The notes under the pieces were generated by a model, which saw only the letters and a program-made list of their open reading frames with translations, ran no database searches and was not told where the DNA came from. Positions 11,946 to 21,139 of a stretch of DNA of 53,331 bases are shown here, piece by piece. Position numbers and translations under genes: made by a program. Within the stretch, counting starts at the first letter, position 1, and every line of letters starts with the position of its first letter. Source of the DNA: Flavobacteriaceae bacterium (lineage in GTDB: Bacteria > Bacteroidota > Bacteroidia > Flavobacteriales > Flavobacteriaceae); the NCBI GenBank assembly GCA_017856205.1, contig JAFMFL010000001.1, forward strand, positions 1 through 53,331, read 5' to 3'.

Positions 11946-11970
11946 GGGCACTTCGATACTCGCAGTGCCC
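11946..11970. repeat. REP-like extragenic palindrome
   Basis: GGGCACT-TCGATACTCGC-AGTGCCC; shares TCGATACT with the element at 40658-40699. Confidence 0.5.
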
Positions 11971-11977
11971 AAAGGTT

Positions 11978-13855
11978 TTATTTTATCATCTCAAAACTCC
12001 GCTTGATAAAAGCAGTAAGCTCTTCGCCTTTTAGAAGTGACTGCGACAAACGCGCCAAATCTAGCGATTGCTTTATCAGACGCTCTTGTTTCTTTTTGGT
12101 TTTGGTTTCCAAAATTTGCGATACCAATGGGTGATTTACATTGACTACCAATTGATACATATCTGGAAAACCACCGCCAAACATACCGCCACCGCCCGTT
12201 TGCTGCATCTCTTTCATGCGACGCATAAACTCGGGTTGCGTAATCATAAATGGTGCGGCTTCGCTGTCCATGGCTTCCAATTGTACCGTGTATTGCTCTT
12301 TTGGCACAACGTCTTCAATAAGCGGTTTGAGTGTTTCTTTTTGCTCATCGCTAAGTTTAGAAAGTTGCGGTTCGTCCTTGGTAATAAGCTTATCTATATG
12401 ATCAGCATCTACGCGAACAAAACCGAGTTTATCGTCTTCTTGCTCTAATTTTTGCAACAAGTGCCCTACAATAGGCGAATCGAGCAACAACACCGTGTAG
12501 CCTTTGTCTTTTGCTGCCTGAATATAAGCGTGTTGTTCTTCTACATTAGCAGCATAGAGCTGAATCAGTTTTCCGTCTTTGTCAGTTTGCGCCTCTTTGG
12601 TTTGTTCTTTTAACTCGTCCAATGTCAGGTATGTTCCGTCGGTGGTAGGGAAGATGTTAAACTTTTTTGCCTTATCGTAGAACTTTTCTTCGGAAAGCAT
12701 ACCATATTCAATTACTACCTTAATATCGTTCCACTTTTGTTCCAAGTTTTCACGCTCGTTTTTAAAGATGGATTGCAATTTATCGGCTACTTTTTTGGTG
12801 ATGTAATTGCTAATTTTTTTCACCGCACCGTCTGCTTGAAGGTAACTCCTAGATACGTTTAGTGGAATATCTGGCGAGTCAATTACACCGCGCAACATGG
12901 TCAAAAATTCAGGCACAATACCTTCCACGTTATCTGTTACAAATACTTGATTTTGATACAGTTGGATGCGGTCTTTTTGTATGTTGAGGTCGTTGTTGAG
13001 CTTGGGGAAATACAAAATTCCCGTCAGCGCAAACGGATAATCTACATTGAGGTGAATGTGAAACAAAGGCTCCTCAAACTGCATGGGATACAACTCACGG
13101 TAAAACGACGTGTAGTCCTGGTCTTTTAACTCGTTTGGCTTTTTAGTCCATGCTGGGGTTGGGTTGTTGATGATGTTATCTACTGTTACCTTAACCTCTT
13201 TTTTATCGTCCCCTTCGCCCTCATCGTGAGTTTCTTCACGTGAGCCAAACTTGATAGGTATGGGCATGAATTTGTTGTATTTGGTAAGCAGTTCACGAAT
13301 ACGAGCTTCTTCCAAAAATTCATCTGACTCACTGTCGATATGCAAAATAATCTCCGTCCCCCGTTCTGCTTTGTCGTGTTCCACAAGGGTGTATTCAGGT
13401 GAGCCGTCGCACGTCCAATGTGCTGCGGGTTCATCTTTGTGCGATTTGGTTATGATTTCAACTTTTTCTGAAACCATAAACGCAGAGTAAAACCCAAGCC
13501 CAAAGTGCCCAATAATGCCACTGTCTTTTGCGCTGTCTTTGTATTGATTTATAAATTCCTCAGCTCCTGAGAAAGCCACCTCATTGATGTATTTATTCAC
13601 TTCTTCGGCGGTCATTCCTAAGCCTTGATCAATAACGTGAAGCGTTCGTTTGTCTTTATCAACCTTGATTTCTATTTGTGGATTGCCGTATTCCACGTTT
13701 GCCTCACCAATATTGGTAAGGTGTTTTAGTTTAAGTGTAGCGTCTGTGGCATTTGAAACCAATTCGCGTAAGAAAATTTCATGATCGCTATAAAGAAATT
13801 TTTTAATTAGTGGAAAAATATTTTCAACTGCAACATTAATTTTACCTGTAGCCAT
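11978..13855 (-). CDS. htpG: Chaperone HtpG (Hsp90)
   Basis: IFLRELVSNATDA, DQGLGMT, IGHFGLGFYSAF, IPLNVSRS. Confidence 0.98.
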   Translation of the reverse strand: MATGKINVAVENIFPLIKKFLYSDHEIFLRELVSNATDATLKLKHLTNIGEANVEYGNPQIEIKVDKDKRTLHVIDQGLGMTAEEVNKYINEVAFSGAEEFINQYKDSAKDSGIIGHFGLGFYSAFMVSEKVEIITKSHKDEPAAHWTCDGSPEYTLVEHDKAERGTEIILHIDSESDEFLEEARIRELLTKYNKFMPIPIKFGSREETHDEGEGDDKKEVKVTVDNIINNPTPAWTKKPNELKDQDYTSFYRELYPMQFEEPLFHIHLNVDYPFALTGILYFPKLNNDLNIQKDRIQLYQNQVFVTDNVEGIVPEFLTMLRGVIDSPDIPLNVSRSYLQADGAVKKISNYITKKVADKLQSIFKNERENLEQKWNDIKVVIEYGMLSEEKFYDKAKKFNIFPTTDGTYLTLDELKEQTKEAQTDKDGKLIQLYAANVEEQHAYIQAAKDKGYTVLLLDSPIVGHLLQKLEQEDDKLGFVRVDADHIDKLITKDEPQLSKLSDEQKETLKPLIEDVVPKEQYTVQLEAMDSEAAPFMITQPEFMRRMKEMQQTGGGGMFGGGFPDMYQLVVNVNHPLVSQILETKTKKKQERLIKQSLDLARLSQSLLKGEELTAFIKRSFEMIK

Positions 13856-13879
13856 AAGTTTTTATTTTTTCTATTTAAC

Positions 13880-13919
13880 CCAAAAAAAGTACCAAAATCA
13901 ACGGGCTGACATGATGGCG
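13880..13919 (-). promoter_or_regulatory. Putative heat-shock promoter of htpG: palindromic box plus sigma54-like element
   Basis: Minus strand reads CGCCA-TCA-TGTCAG-N12-GGTACTTTTTTTGG, the same spacing as upstream of hsp20. Confidence 0.55.
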
Positions 13920-13939
13920 TAATTTTTTTGTTTAAATAA

Positions 13940-13970
13940 TTTGTTTTTTTGTTAAACATTTTTATATTTG
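13940..13970 (+). promoter_or_regulatory. Bacteroidota housekeeping promoter (-33 TTTG / -7 TAnnTTTG)
   Basis: TTTG at 13940-13943, 19-nt spacer, TATATTTG at 13963-13970. Confidence 0.7.
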
Positions 13971-13974
13971 TGGA

Positions 13975-14110
13975 GTAATCAATCAACAGAATTGTTGCGG
14001 AGAAAATTGCTATGAGACTCTATTGATTACAGACACTCCTTCTATTGGTTTGTTTAATTTTGGTTAAGTTGTTTGAAGGTGCATCGTGGTTGTTGCACCT
14101 TCTTTTTTTT
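13975..14110 (+). ncRNA. Candidate structured small RNA or fabH leader/attenuator
   Basis: Promoter immediately upstream. 9-bp stem GTAATCAAT/ATTGATTAC, inner hairpin CAACA/TGTTG, U/G-rich single-stranded tract, strong terminator. No plausible ORF. Confidence 0.55.
14075..14110 (+). terminator. Intrinsic terminator 45 nt upstream of the fabH start
   Basis: GAAGGTGCA (14075-14083) pairs with TGCACCTTC (14094-14102), followed by T8. Confidence 0.85.
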
Positions 14111-14155
14111 ACTACCAAATATATTTCGTTTATTGTGTTTTCAATTTCATTAAAT

Positions 14156-15163
14156 ATGTATAACTCTCGAATTGCAGGTCTTGGACACTATGTGCCAGAA
14201 AATGTTGTCACAAATGACGATTTGTCTAAACTTATGGATACTAACGATGAATGGATTACGGAACGCACCGGAATCAAAGAACGTCGGGTGATACAAAAAG
14301 ACTCGGGCGAGGGCACAGCAACTATGGGTGTCAAAGCTGCCGAAATGGCGCTAAAACGCGCAGAGATTAGTAAGGATGATATTGATCTTGTCATCTTTGC
14401 TACGCTTAGTCCCGATTTGTACTTTCCGGGCTCTGGCGTACTACTGCAAGACCTTATGGGTATGGGAACTTGTCCCGCACTAGATATTCGAAATCAGTGT
14501 TCGGGTTTTATTTATGGACTTTCAGTTGCTGACCAATTTATTAAAACAGGGATGTACAAAAACGTGCTGTTGGTAGGTTCAGAGTACCATTCTGGCGGCA
14601 TGGATTTCACCACTCGCGGGCGTACCGTTTCGGTTATTTTTGGCGATGGAGCTGGGGCGGCTGTGCTCACTCGTGAAGAAGATACCACTAAGGGTATTCA
14701 GTCCACACATTTATATTCGGAAGGCAAGTATGCAGAGGAACTCGCCATTATTGGTCCCAGTACCAAACGCTGGATTCCTGAAATTGTTTCTGATTATGAT
14801 GAAGACGATATGCGCTATCACCCGTATATGAATGGACAACTGGTATTTAAAAATGCCGTGGTACGCTTTAGTGAAGTTATCCTGGAAGCCTTGCAGAAAA
14901 ATGGAAAAACCAATTCTGATATTGATTTGTTTATACCACACCAAGCTAATTTACGCATTGCACAATTTGTGCAAAAAAAGTTTCACCTTCGCGATGACCA
15001 GGTGTATAACAATATCATGCGTTATGGAAATACCACGGCTGCTTCTATTCCCATTGCGCTATCTGAGGCGTGGGGAGAAGGTAAAATCAAACCATATGAT
15101 ACAGTTTTATTAGCTGCCTTTGGTAGCGGATTCACTTGGGGAAGTGCCTTGATACATTGGTAG
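14156..15163 (+). CDS. fabH: 3-oxoacyl-ACP synthase III (FabH family)
   Basis: ERTGIKERR, catalytic NQCSGF, FGDGAGA, PHQANLRI, YGNTTAAS. Start set at MYNSRIAG. Confidence 0.9.
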   Translation: MYNSRIAGLGHYVPENVVTNDDLSKLMDTNDEWITERTGIKERRVIQKDSGEGTATMGVKAAEMALKRAEISKDDIDLVIFATLSPDLYFPGSGVLLQDLMGMGTCPALDIRNQCSGFIYGLSVADQFIKTGMYKNVLLVGSEYHSGGMDFTTRGRTVSVIFGDGAGAAVLTREEDTTKGIQSTHLYSEGKYAEELAIIGPSTKRWIPEIVSDYDEDDMRYHPYMNGQLVFKNAVVRFSEVILEALQKNGKTNSDIDLFIPHQANLRIAQFVQKKFHLRDDQVYNNIMRYGNTTAASIPIALSEAWGEGKIKPYDTVLLAAFGSGFTWGSALIHW

Positions 15164-16591
15164 TCCAACTCCTGAAAGCCAAAGAAATAGTGCCGAAAGC
15201 GCACCATTAAGTGCTAATACAAAAAAGCCAAAATCAAATCCAAAATGTGATTTGCACAACGTTGCTATGCCGTAGGTCAGCATTGGCGTTGCAATACATA
15301 TCAAAGGCGCATAGCGATCTCGGATTCCATGTTTGGAAAAAATACCCAAAAGAAAAAGCCCCAGCAAAGGTCCGTAGGTATAACCTGCAAAAAGCAGCAA
15401 TTGTGCAATGACACTTTCGTCCTTTATCAAATAATAGAAAACCACTATAAAGCACCAAAGCGCCACCGCCACCGCTAAATGCATAACTTTACGTTGCCGA
15501 ATACCTTTCTCACCTTCTTGAATTTCCCATAAATCAATGCTAGCACTTGTTGCCAATGATGTCATGGAGCCATCTGCGCTACTAAATGCTGCTGCTGTAA
15601 GCCCAAACACAAAAGTATATGCAAATAGTTTTCCCAAACCTGATTGCGTGGCAACTACAGGAAATAGACTGTCGCCAACACCTGAGATTCCGTTGGCTTG
15701 CGCATAGGCGGTGAGCAACACCCCGAGTACCAAAAAAAATAATGTGATTAAACACATAGTAATGGTAAACCAAAACATGTTTTTTTGCGAGTCACGCAGT
15801 GAACGACAACTCAAGTTTTTTTGCATCATTTCTTGGTCTAGTCCTGTCATGGTAAACGAGATGAGTGCACCTGCCAAAAACTGCTTTATAAAGTGCTGCC
15901 CACTATTCCAGTCGTCCCAAAAAAATACCTGGGTGGTAGGCTGTGCCTGCCACCACGTCCACCACGATGCTGCGTCCAATTGCAATGCCTCAACCAATAC
16001 ATAAACGCCAACACATAGTGCGATTAGCATAAAAATAGTTTGTGCTATATCTGTATAAATAATGGTTTTAATCCCTGTTTTTTGGGTGTAAAGCCAAATA
16101 CCAAAAATGGCTACAGCAGCACTTATCCAAAACGGAATATCAAGCGCATCTAAAGCTATCCAATGCAGTACTTTTAGCACAAGAAACAACCTAAAACTTG
16201 TTCCCGTGAGCCTTGACAAAATAAAAAAAGAAGCTCCTGTTTTATGAGTCTTTACCCCAAATCGATACCGTAAATAACTGTAAATACTAACCACATTCCA
16301 TTTGTAGTACAACGGCAATAGAATTGTTCCAATAAACAAATAGCCAAGTGCGTAGCCCAGTACCATTTGTACATATCCAAGTTGAGTACTTGCCACCCAA
16401 CCAGGCACGGATACAAATGTAAGTCCGGATAGCGAGGCACCAATCATGCCAAAGGCAACCAAATACCACGGAGCATTTTTGTTAGCTGAAAAAAAAGTGG
16501 CATTGCTATTGTTTTTACTCACTACTCTTGAAATGCCATACAGCACCCCAAAATAAACCAACAAGCAAAGTCCTAGCGATTGAACGGACAT
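15110..16591 (-). CDS. Sodium:solute symporter family protein
   Basis: About 13 TM helices; FGMIGASLSGLTFVSVPG, GLDQEMMQKNLSC, AAAFSSADG. Confidence 0.9.
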   Translation of the reverse strand: MSVQSLGLCLLVYFGVLYGISRVVSKNNSNATFFSANKNAPWYLVAFGMIGASLSGLTFVSVPGWVASTQLGYVQMVLGYALGYLFIGTILLPLYYKWNVVSIYSYLRYRFGVKTHKTGASFFILSRLTGTSFRLFLVLKVLHWIALDALDIPFWISAAVAIFGIWLYTQKTGIKTIIYTDIAQTIFMLIALCVGVYVLVEALQLDAASWWTWWQAQPTTQVFFWDDWNSGQHFIKQFLAGALISFTMTGLDQEMMQKNLSCRSLRDSQKNMFWFTITMCLITLFFLVLGVLLTAYAQANGISGVGDSLFPVVATQSGLGKLFAYTFVFGLTAAAFSSADGSMTSLATSASIDLWEIQEGEKGIRQRKVMHLAVAVALWCFIVVFYYLIKDESVIAQLLLFAGYTYGPLLGLFLLGIFSKHGIRDRYAPLICIATPMLTYGIATLCKSHFGFDFGFFVLALNGALSALFLWLSGVGLPMYQGTSPSESATKGS

Positions 16592-16651
16592 TTATTTTTT
16601 TGGTAAATATAGTGTTGGTGTGGCTTTTGGTGAAATAGTGTATTTTTGAGC

Positions 16652-17269
16652 ATGGATTTTCCGTCGTCTTTAGTGCAAAAAGCGGTAGATGAAATTGCGC
16701 AACTCCCAGGTATTGGTCGGCGGTCTGCTCTTCGATTGGTGCTGCACCTGTTGCGCCAACCCAAAGATTATAGCGAAAGACTTTCTACAGCCATTGCAAC
16801 ATTACGCCAAGAAATACGTTATTGTTCTACATGCCACAATATTTCAGATGCTGAAATATGCAGTATTTGCGTCAATCCCCTTCGTGACGAAAGTATCATT
16901 TGTGTGGTGGAAGATGTGCGAGACGTGATGGCAATAGAGGCAACAGGACAGTTTAAAGGACGTTACCATGTGTTGGGGGGTAAGATTTCACCTATGGAAG
17001 GGATTGGACCAGACAAGCTTACCATTGATGCGTTGGTCAATCGCGTTAAAGAGGGAAGCATAAAAGAAATCATCTTTGCCCTTGGGAGCACTATGGAAGG
17101 CGATACTACAAACTACTACATCTTCAAAAAATTGAGTCCTTTTCCGTTAACATTTTCTGCCATTTCAAGAGGCATTGGCGTGGGAGATGAACTCGAATAT
17201 GCCGATGAACTTACACTTGGACGCAGCATTAGCCAACGTATTCCTTTTGAAACTTCCATGAAAAGCTAG
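16652..17269 (+). CDS. recR: Recombination protein RecR
   Basis: Hh[13 protein letters not shown]4 zinc finger CSTC...CSIC, Toprim [19 protein letters not shown] at 16652. Confidence 0.97.
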   Translation: MDFPSSLVQKAVDEIAQLPGIGRRSALRLVLHLLRQPKDYSERLSTAIATLRQEIRYCSTCHNISDAEICSICVNPLRDESIICVVEDVRDVMAIEATGQFKGRYHVLGGKISPMEGIGPDKLTIDALVNRVKEGSIKEIIFALGSTMEGDTTNYYIFKKLSPFPLTFSAISRGIGVGDELEYADELTLGRSISQRIPFETSMKS

Positions 17270-17272
17270 CAC

Positions 17273-18412
17273 ATGAAGTTATCGGTAGTCATTCTAAACT
17301 TTAATGTAAAGTATTTTGTTGACCTATGTTTACAGAGTGTTGTTGCAGCTACAAAAGATTTGGATGCTGAAATTATAGTTGTTGACAATGCTTCTGTAGA
17401 TGGTAGTGTACCTTGGATTAAGGCTCAATTTCCACAGGTAAAACTTGTTGTGAACAATGAGAATTTAGGATTTCCAAAAGGAAACAACATAGGAGTTTCT
17501 AAGGCTAAAGGAGAGTATGTATGTATTCTGAATCCAGATACGGTTGTTGCGGAAGATACGTTTAGTAAAGCGTTGGATTTTATGGATAAAAACCAACAAT
17601 TTGCCATCATGGGACCAAAACTCATCGATGGCTCTGGACGTTTTTTAAAAGAATCCAAACGAGGTGTGCCTACTCCTTGGGTGGCATTTACCAAAGTATC
17701 AGGATTATATAAAGTCTTTCCTAAGCTCTTTGGAACCTATTACAACTTAAAATTACCTACAAATCAAGCAGGAGAAACCGATGTTTTGGTAGGTGCTTTT
17801 ATGATGATGAAAACAACGCACTATCGTGCGCTTAACGGCTTTGATGAAGAATGTTTTATGTACTGTGAGGATGACGACTTGAGCTTTCGTTCGTTACAAT
17901 TGGGAAGATCAAATTATTACAATCCTACTATTACTATAATTCACTTTAAAGGGGAAAGCACCCCTAAAGATTTTGCTTATCAAAAAAGGTTTAGAGAGGC
18001 ATTATACTACTTTTACACCAAACATTTTAAGGTTTCCAAATTGGTAAAAATTTGGATCAAACTCGCCACAAATGCCTTCAGTTTCCTTAAGCGTTTAAGA
18101 GGCACTCGTTCAGTAAAAAAGAAAAGGCAGCCCAGTTGCTATTGGTTGATTTCCAACGAATTGAATATTGAAATCGGGGTTAATAAAAACATTCCTTTTA
18201 TGCATACCAATCATTGCGATGATTTAGAAGCATTCAAAAGCACGGGTACTGAACTCATTTTTGACCCAAACACTATTTCGTTTAAGCAAAGTATTTTTTT
18301 TATGAATAGATACGGCAATGCGTTTTCGTATAAATTTTTAAGCTCAGACAAAAGTCACGCCGTGGGAAGTAATTCTAGTAATGCCAAGGGAGAAGTGCTT
18401 GTGATGTCGTAG
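17273..18412 (+). CDS. Glycosyltransferase family 2
   Basis: LSVVILNFN, VVDNASVDGS, ILNPDT, GFDEECFMYCEDDDL. Confidence 0.9.
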   Translation: MKLSVVILNFNVKYFVDLCLQSVVAATKDLDAEIIVVDNASVDGSVPWIKAQFPQVKLVVNNENLGFPKGNNIGVSKAKGEYVCILNPDTVVAEDTFSKALDFMDKNQQFAIMGPKLIDGSGRFLKESKRGVPTPWVAFTKVSGLYKVFPKLFGTYYNLKLPTNQAGETDVLVGAFMMMKTTHYRALNGFDEECFMYCEDDDLSFRSLQLGRSNYYNPTITIIHFKGESTPKDFAYQKRFREALYYFYTKHFKVSKLVKIWIKLATNAFSFLKRLRGTRSVKKKRQPSCYWLISNELNIEIGVNKNIPFMHTNHCDDLEAFKSTGTELIFDPNTISFKQSIFFMNRYGNAFSYKFLSSDKSHAVGSNSSNAKGEVLVMS

Positions 18413-18453
18413 CGCAAGCCGTGATTTATTCGTACTTTTGAAAAAAAATTGGA

Positions 18454-19755
18454 ATGCCCATTTATCAGCTTGTATTACCCACCATGGGTGAGAGTGTTTC
18501 TGAAGCTACCATAACGCAATGGTTAAAAAAAGAAGGCGATACTGTCGCTGCTGACGAAGCCGTTGTTGAGGTTGCTACAGATAAGGTAGATTCTGAGGTA
18601 GCAAGTGAGTATAACGGCGTAATCAAAGAAATTTTACACCCTGTAAATGCTGTTGTTGCTGTTGATGCCCCCCTGGCACTTATCGAAACAGATGAAGTCA
18701 TTTCACAAGAAGCTGTTACCGAAACAACGGCTCCCGTAGAAACTCCAGCCTCCGAGGTTGCAACCGAATCCGCAGAAAGCTATATGCAGCAAGCGCAAGA
18801 ATTGGTAACTTCTGTGACGCAATCCACAACGGATGATGCTCGTTTTTACTCGCCGCTTGTAAAAAACATCGCTAAGCAAGAAAATATCTCAGAAACTGAG
18901 CTGGCAGCTGTTCCTGGTACAGGAAAAGACGGAAGGGTTACCAAAAGGGATATTTTGGCTTATGTACAAAACAGAAAAACACCGCAAATACAAACGCCAC
19001 CTGTGGTTAAAACACCAACTGCCGCACCGCCAATTTCTAGAGGCATAGAGGATGCCATAATTCCCATGACACGGATGGAGCAGATGATTTCAGAACATAT
19101 GACGCGAAGCCTGCAAACATCGGCTCATGTACAGTCTTTTATTGAAATCGATGTGACCAAACTGTGGAAATGGCGTGAAAAAGTAAAGCAAGATTTTGTG
19201 CAGCATCATGGTGTGAAACTCACATTTACTCCCATATTTTTTCAGCTTATCGCACAAATTTTACCCGAGTTTCCTCTGCTCAATAGCTCTTTAGAAGGCA
19301 CGAATATTATCAAGAAAAAAGACATTAATTTGGGGATGGCTACAGCGTTACCTGATGGAAATCTAATCGTTCCCGTAATCAAGCAAGCCGATTCACTCAA
19401 TCTTGTTGGTCTTGCAAAAAAAGTACATGAATTGGCTTCGAATGCCAGAAACAATGCACTAAATCCCGACGATGTACAAGGAGGGACATATACCATAACC
19501 AACGTTGGAATGTTTGGTAGTTTGACCGGGACACCCATTATCAATCAACCGCAAGTGGCAATTCTTGCCCTTGGTGCCATTCGAAAAGTACCAGCTGTTT
19601 TGGAAACCGAACATGGCGATGTGATTGCCGTGCGCCAACAAATGGTGGTATCACATAGCTACGACCACCGCATTATAAATGGTGCCATGGGCGGGATGTT
19701 TTTGCTGCGCCTCAAAGAACGCATCGAAAATTGGGACGATACTCAAACGTTATAA
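18454..19755 (+). CDS. Dihydrolipoamide acyltransferase (E2) of a 2-oxoacid dehydrogenase complex, probably branched-chain type
   Basis: Lipoyl domain EVATDKVDSEV, E3-binding GTGKDGRVTKRD, catalytic SYDHRIING. TACTTTTG box at 18433-18440. Confidence 0.92.
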   Translation: MPIYQLVLPTMGESVSEATITQWLKKEGDTVAADEAVVEVATDKVDSEVASEYNGVIKEILHPVNAVVAVDAPLALIETDEVISQEAVTETTAPVETPASEVATESAESYMQQAQELVTSVTQSTTDDARFYSPLVKNIAKQENISETELAAVPGTGKDGRVTKRDILAYVQNRKTPQIQTPPVVKTPTAAPPISRGIEDAIIPMTRMEQMISEHMTRSLQTSAHVQSFIEIDVTKLWKWREKVKQDFVQHHGVKLTFTPIFFQLIAQILPEFPLLNSSLEGTNIIKKKDINLGMATALPDGNLIVPVIKQADSLNLVGLAKKVHELASNARNNALNPDDVQGGTYTITNVGMFGSLTGTPIINQPQVAILALGAIRKVPAVLETEHGDVIAVRQQMVVSHSYDHRIINGAMGGMFLLRLKERIENWDDTQTL

Positions 19756-19757
19756 CT

Positions 19758-20531
19758 ATGGAACTTTCATTAACTCGTCCGATTTGTTTTTTCGATTTAG
19801 AAACCACAGGAGTGAATGTGGCAAAAGATCGCATTGTAGAAATATCCATTTTAAAGGTTTTTCCAAACGGAAATAAAGAAGGAAAAACATGGTTGGTAAA
19901 TCCCGAAATGCCCATTCCACCACAAACCACAGCCGTACACGGCATTACTGACGAAAAAGTTGCTAATGAACCTACGTTTAAGCAATTAAGCAAGCAGGTG
20001 TATGACATGATTAAAGGCTCCGATTTGGCAGGATTTAATTCTGACCGATTTGATATTCCACTATTGGCAGAGGAAATGCTTCGCGCGGGAATTGATGTGG
20101 ATTTTAAAAAGCATTTGACTGTTGACGTGCAAACTATTTTTCACAAAATGGAAAAGCGAAATTTAAGCGCAGCCTATGCATTTTATTGTGGTAAAAACTT
20201 GGAAAATGCGCACAGCGCAGAGGCTGATACCACGGCAACATACGAGGTGTTGAAAGCACAAATTGAAAAATATGACACGCTTGAAAACGATATCGCTAAG
20301 CTAAGTGCTTTCTCAACAAGGCGTAAAAGTGTTGACTTTGCAGGGTTTATTCTATTTGATGACGATGGCGACCCATCGTTTAGCTTTGGAAAGCATAAAG
20401 GCAAAAAAGTAGTTGATGTATTACAGCGCGAACCGGGGTATTTCAGTTGGTTGTTAGACGCTGATTTTCCATTGTACACTAAGAAAGTATTAACTGCCAT
20501 AAGATTGGAAACCCTGAACACCAGTTTATGA
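19758..20531 (+). CDS. DEDDh 3'-5' exonuclease (DNA polymerase III epsilon-like)
   Basis: FFDLETTG, AGFNSDRFD, AHSAEAD, C-terminal FGKHKG. Start set at MELSLTRP. Confidence 0.9.
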   Translation: MELSLTRPICFFDLETTGVNVAKDRIVEISILKVFPNGNKEGKTWLVNPEMPIPPQTTAVHGITDEKVANEPTFKQLSKQVYDMIKGSDLAGFNSDRFDIPLLAEEMLRAGIDVDFKKHLTVDVQTIFHKMEKRNLSAAYAFYCGKNLENAHSAEADTTATYEVLKAQIEKYDTLENDIAKLSAFSTRRKSVDFAGFILFDDDGDPSFSFGKHKGKKVVDVLQREPGYFSWLLDADFPLYTKKVLTAIRLETLNTSL

Positions 20532-21139
20532 AAATTATTTGCGTCGGGAGAAATTATGCAGCACATATAGACGAGTTGGATAATACCCGTCCCGATGAGC
20601 CTGTGATTTTTATGAAGCCCGATACCGCCATTGCGCAATCTAACCTTCCGTTTTTTATTCCTGAATTTTCCAACGAAGTGCATCACGAACTGGAAGTTTT
20701 GGTTAGAATTAACCGAATTGGAAAACATATCCAATCCAAATTTGCACATAAATACTATAACGAAATTGGTTTAGGTATTGATTTTACTGCTCGTGATCTG
20801 CAACAAAAACTTAAGACTAGCGGACTGCCTTGGGAAAAAGCAAAGGCATTTGACGGTTCGGCGGTGGTGGGAAAATGGTTTGATAAATCAGCCTTTGGCG
20901 ACTTGACAAGCATCTCTTTTTCACTTCACAAAAACGGCTCCGTTGTGCAAGAAGCCAATACAAGTTTAATGCTTTGGAGTATAGACGAAATCATTGCGCA
21001 TGTATCCCAATATTTTACCTTAAAAATTGGCGACATTTTGTTTACGGGAACGCCTGCTGGCGTAGGTCCTGTTGCAAAAAATGATTCCTTGGAAGGGTTT
21101 TTAGATGGGCACAAAGCCTTTTCAGTTATTGTTAAATAG
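20528..21139 (+). CDS. Fumarylacetoacetate hydrolase family protein
   Basis: ICVGRNYAAH, HHELEV, DFTARDLQ, GDILFTGTPAGVG. Confidence 0.93.
   Translation: MKIICVGRNYAAHIDELDNTRPDEPVIFMKPDTAIAQSNLPFFIPEFSNEVHHELEVLVRINRIGKHIQSKFAHKYYNEIGLGIDFTARDLQQKLKTSGLPWEKAKAFDGSAVVGKWFDKSAFGDLTSISFSLHKNGSVVQEANTSLMLWSIDEIIAHVSQYFTLKIGDILFTGTPAGVGPVAKNDSLEGFLDGHKAFSVIVK

Noticed and set aside
14045..14155. N-terminal extension of FabH given by the ORF track (similar extensions for prfC, ftsY, mnmA, hsp20, lysA, the pRiA4b-like gene and the GT2 at 51763)
   Set aside because: The extensions run through terminators, promoters or neighbouring genes; downstream ATGs match the family N-termini.
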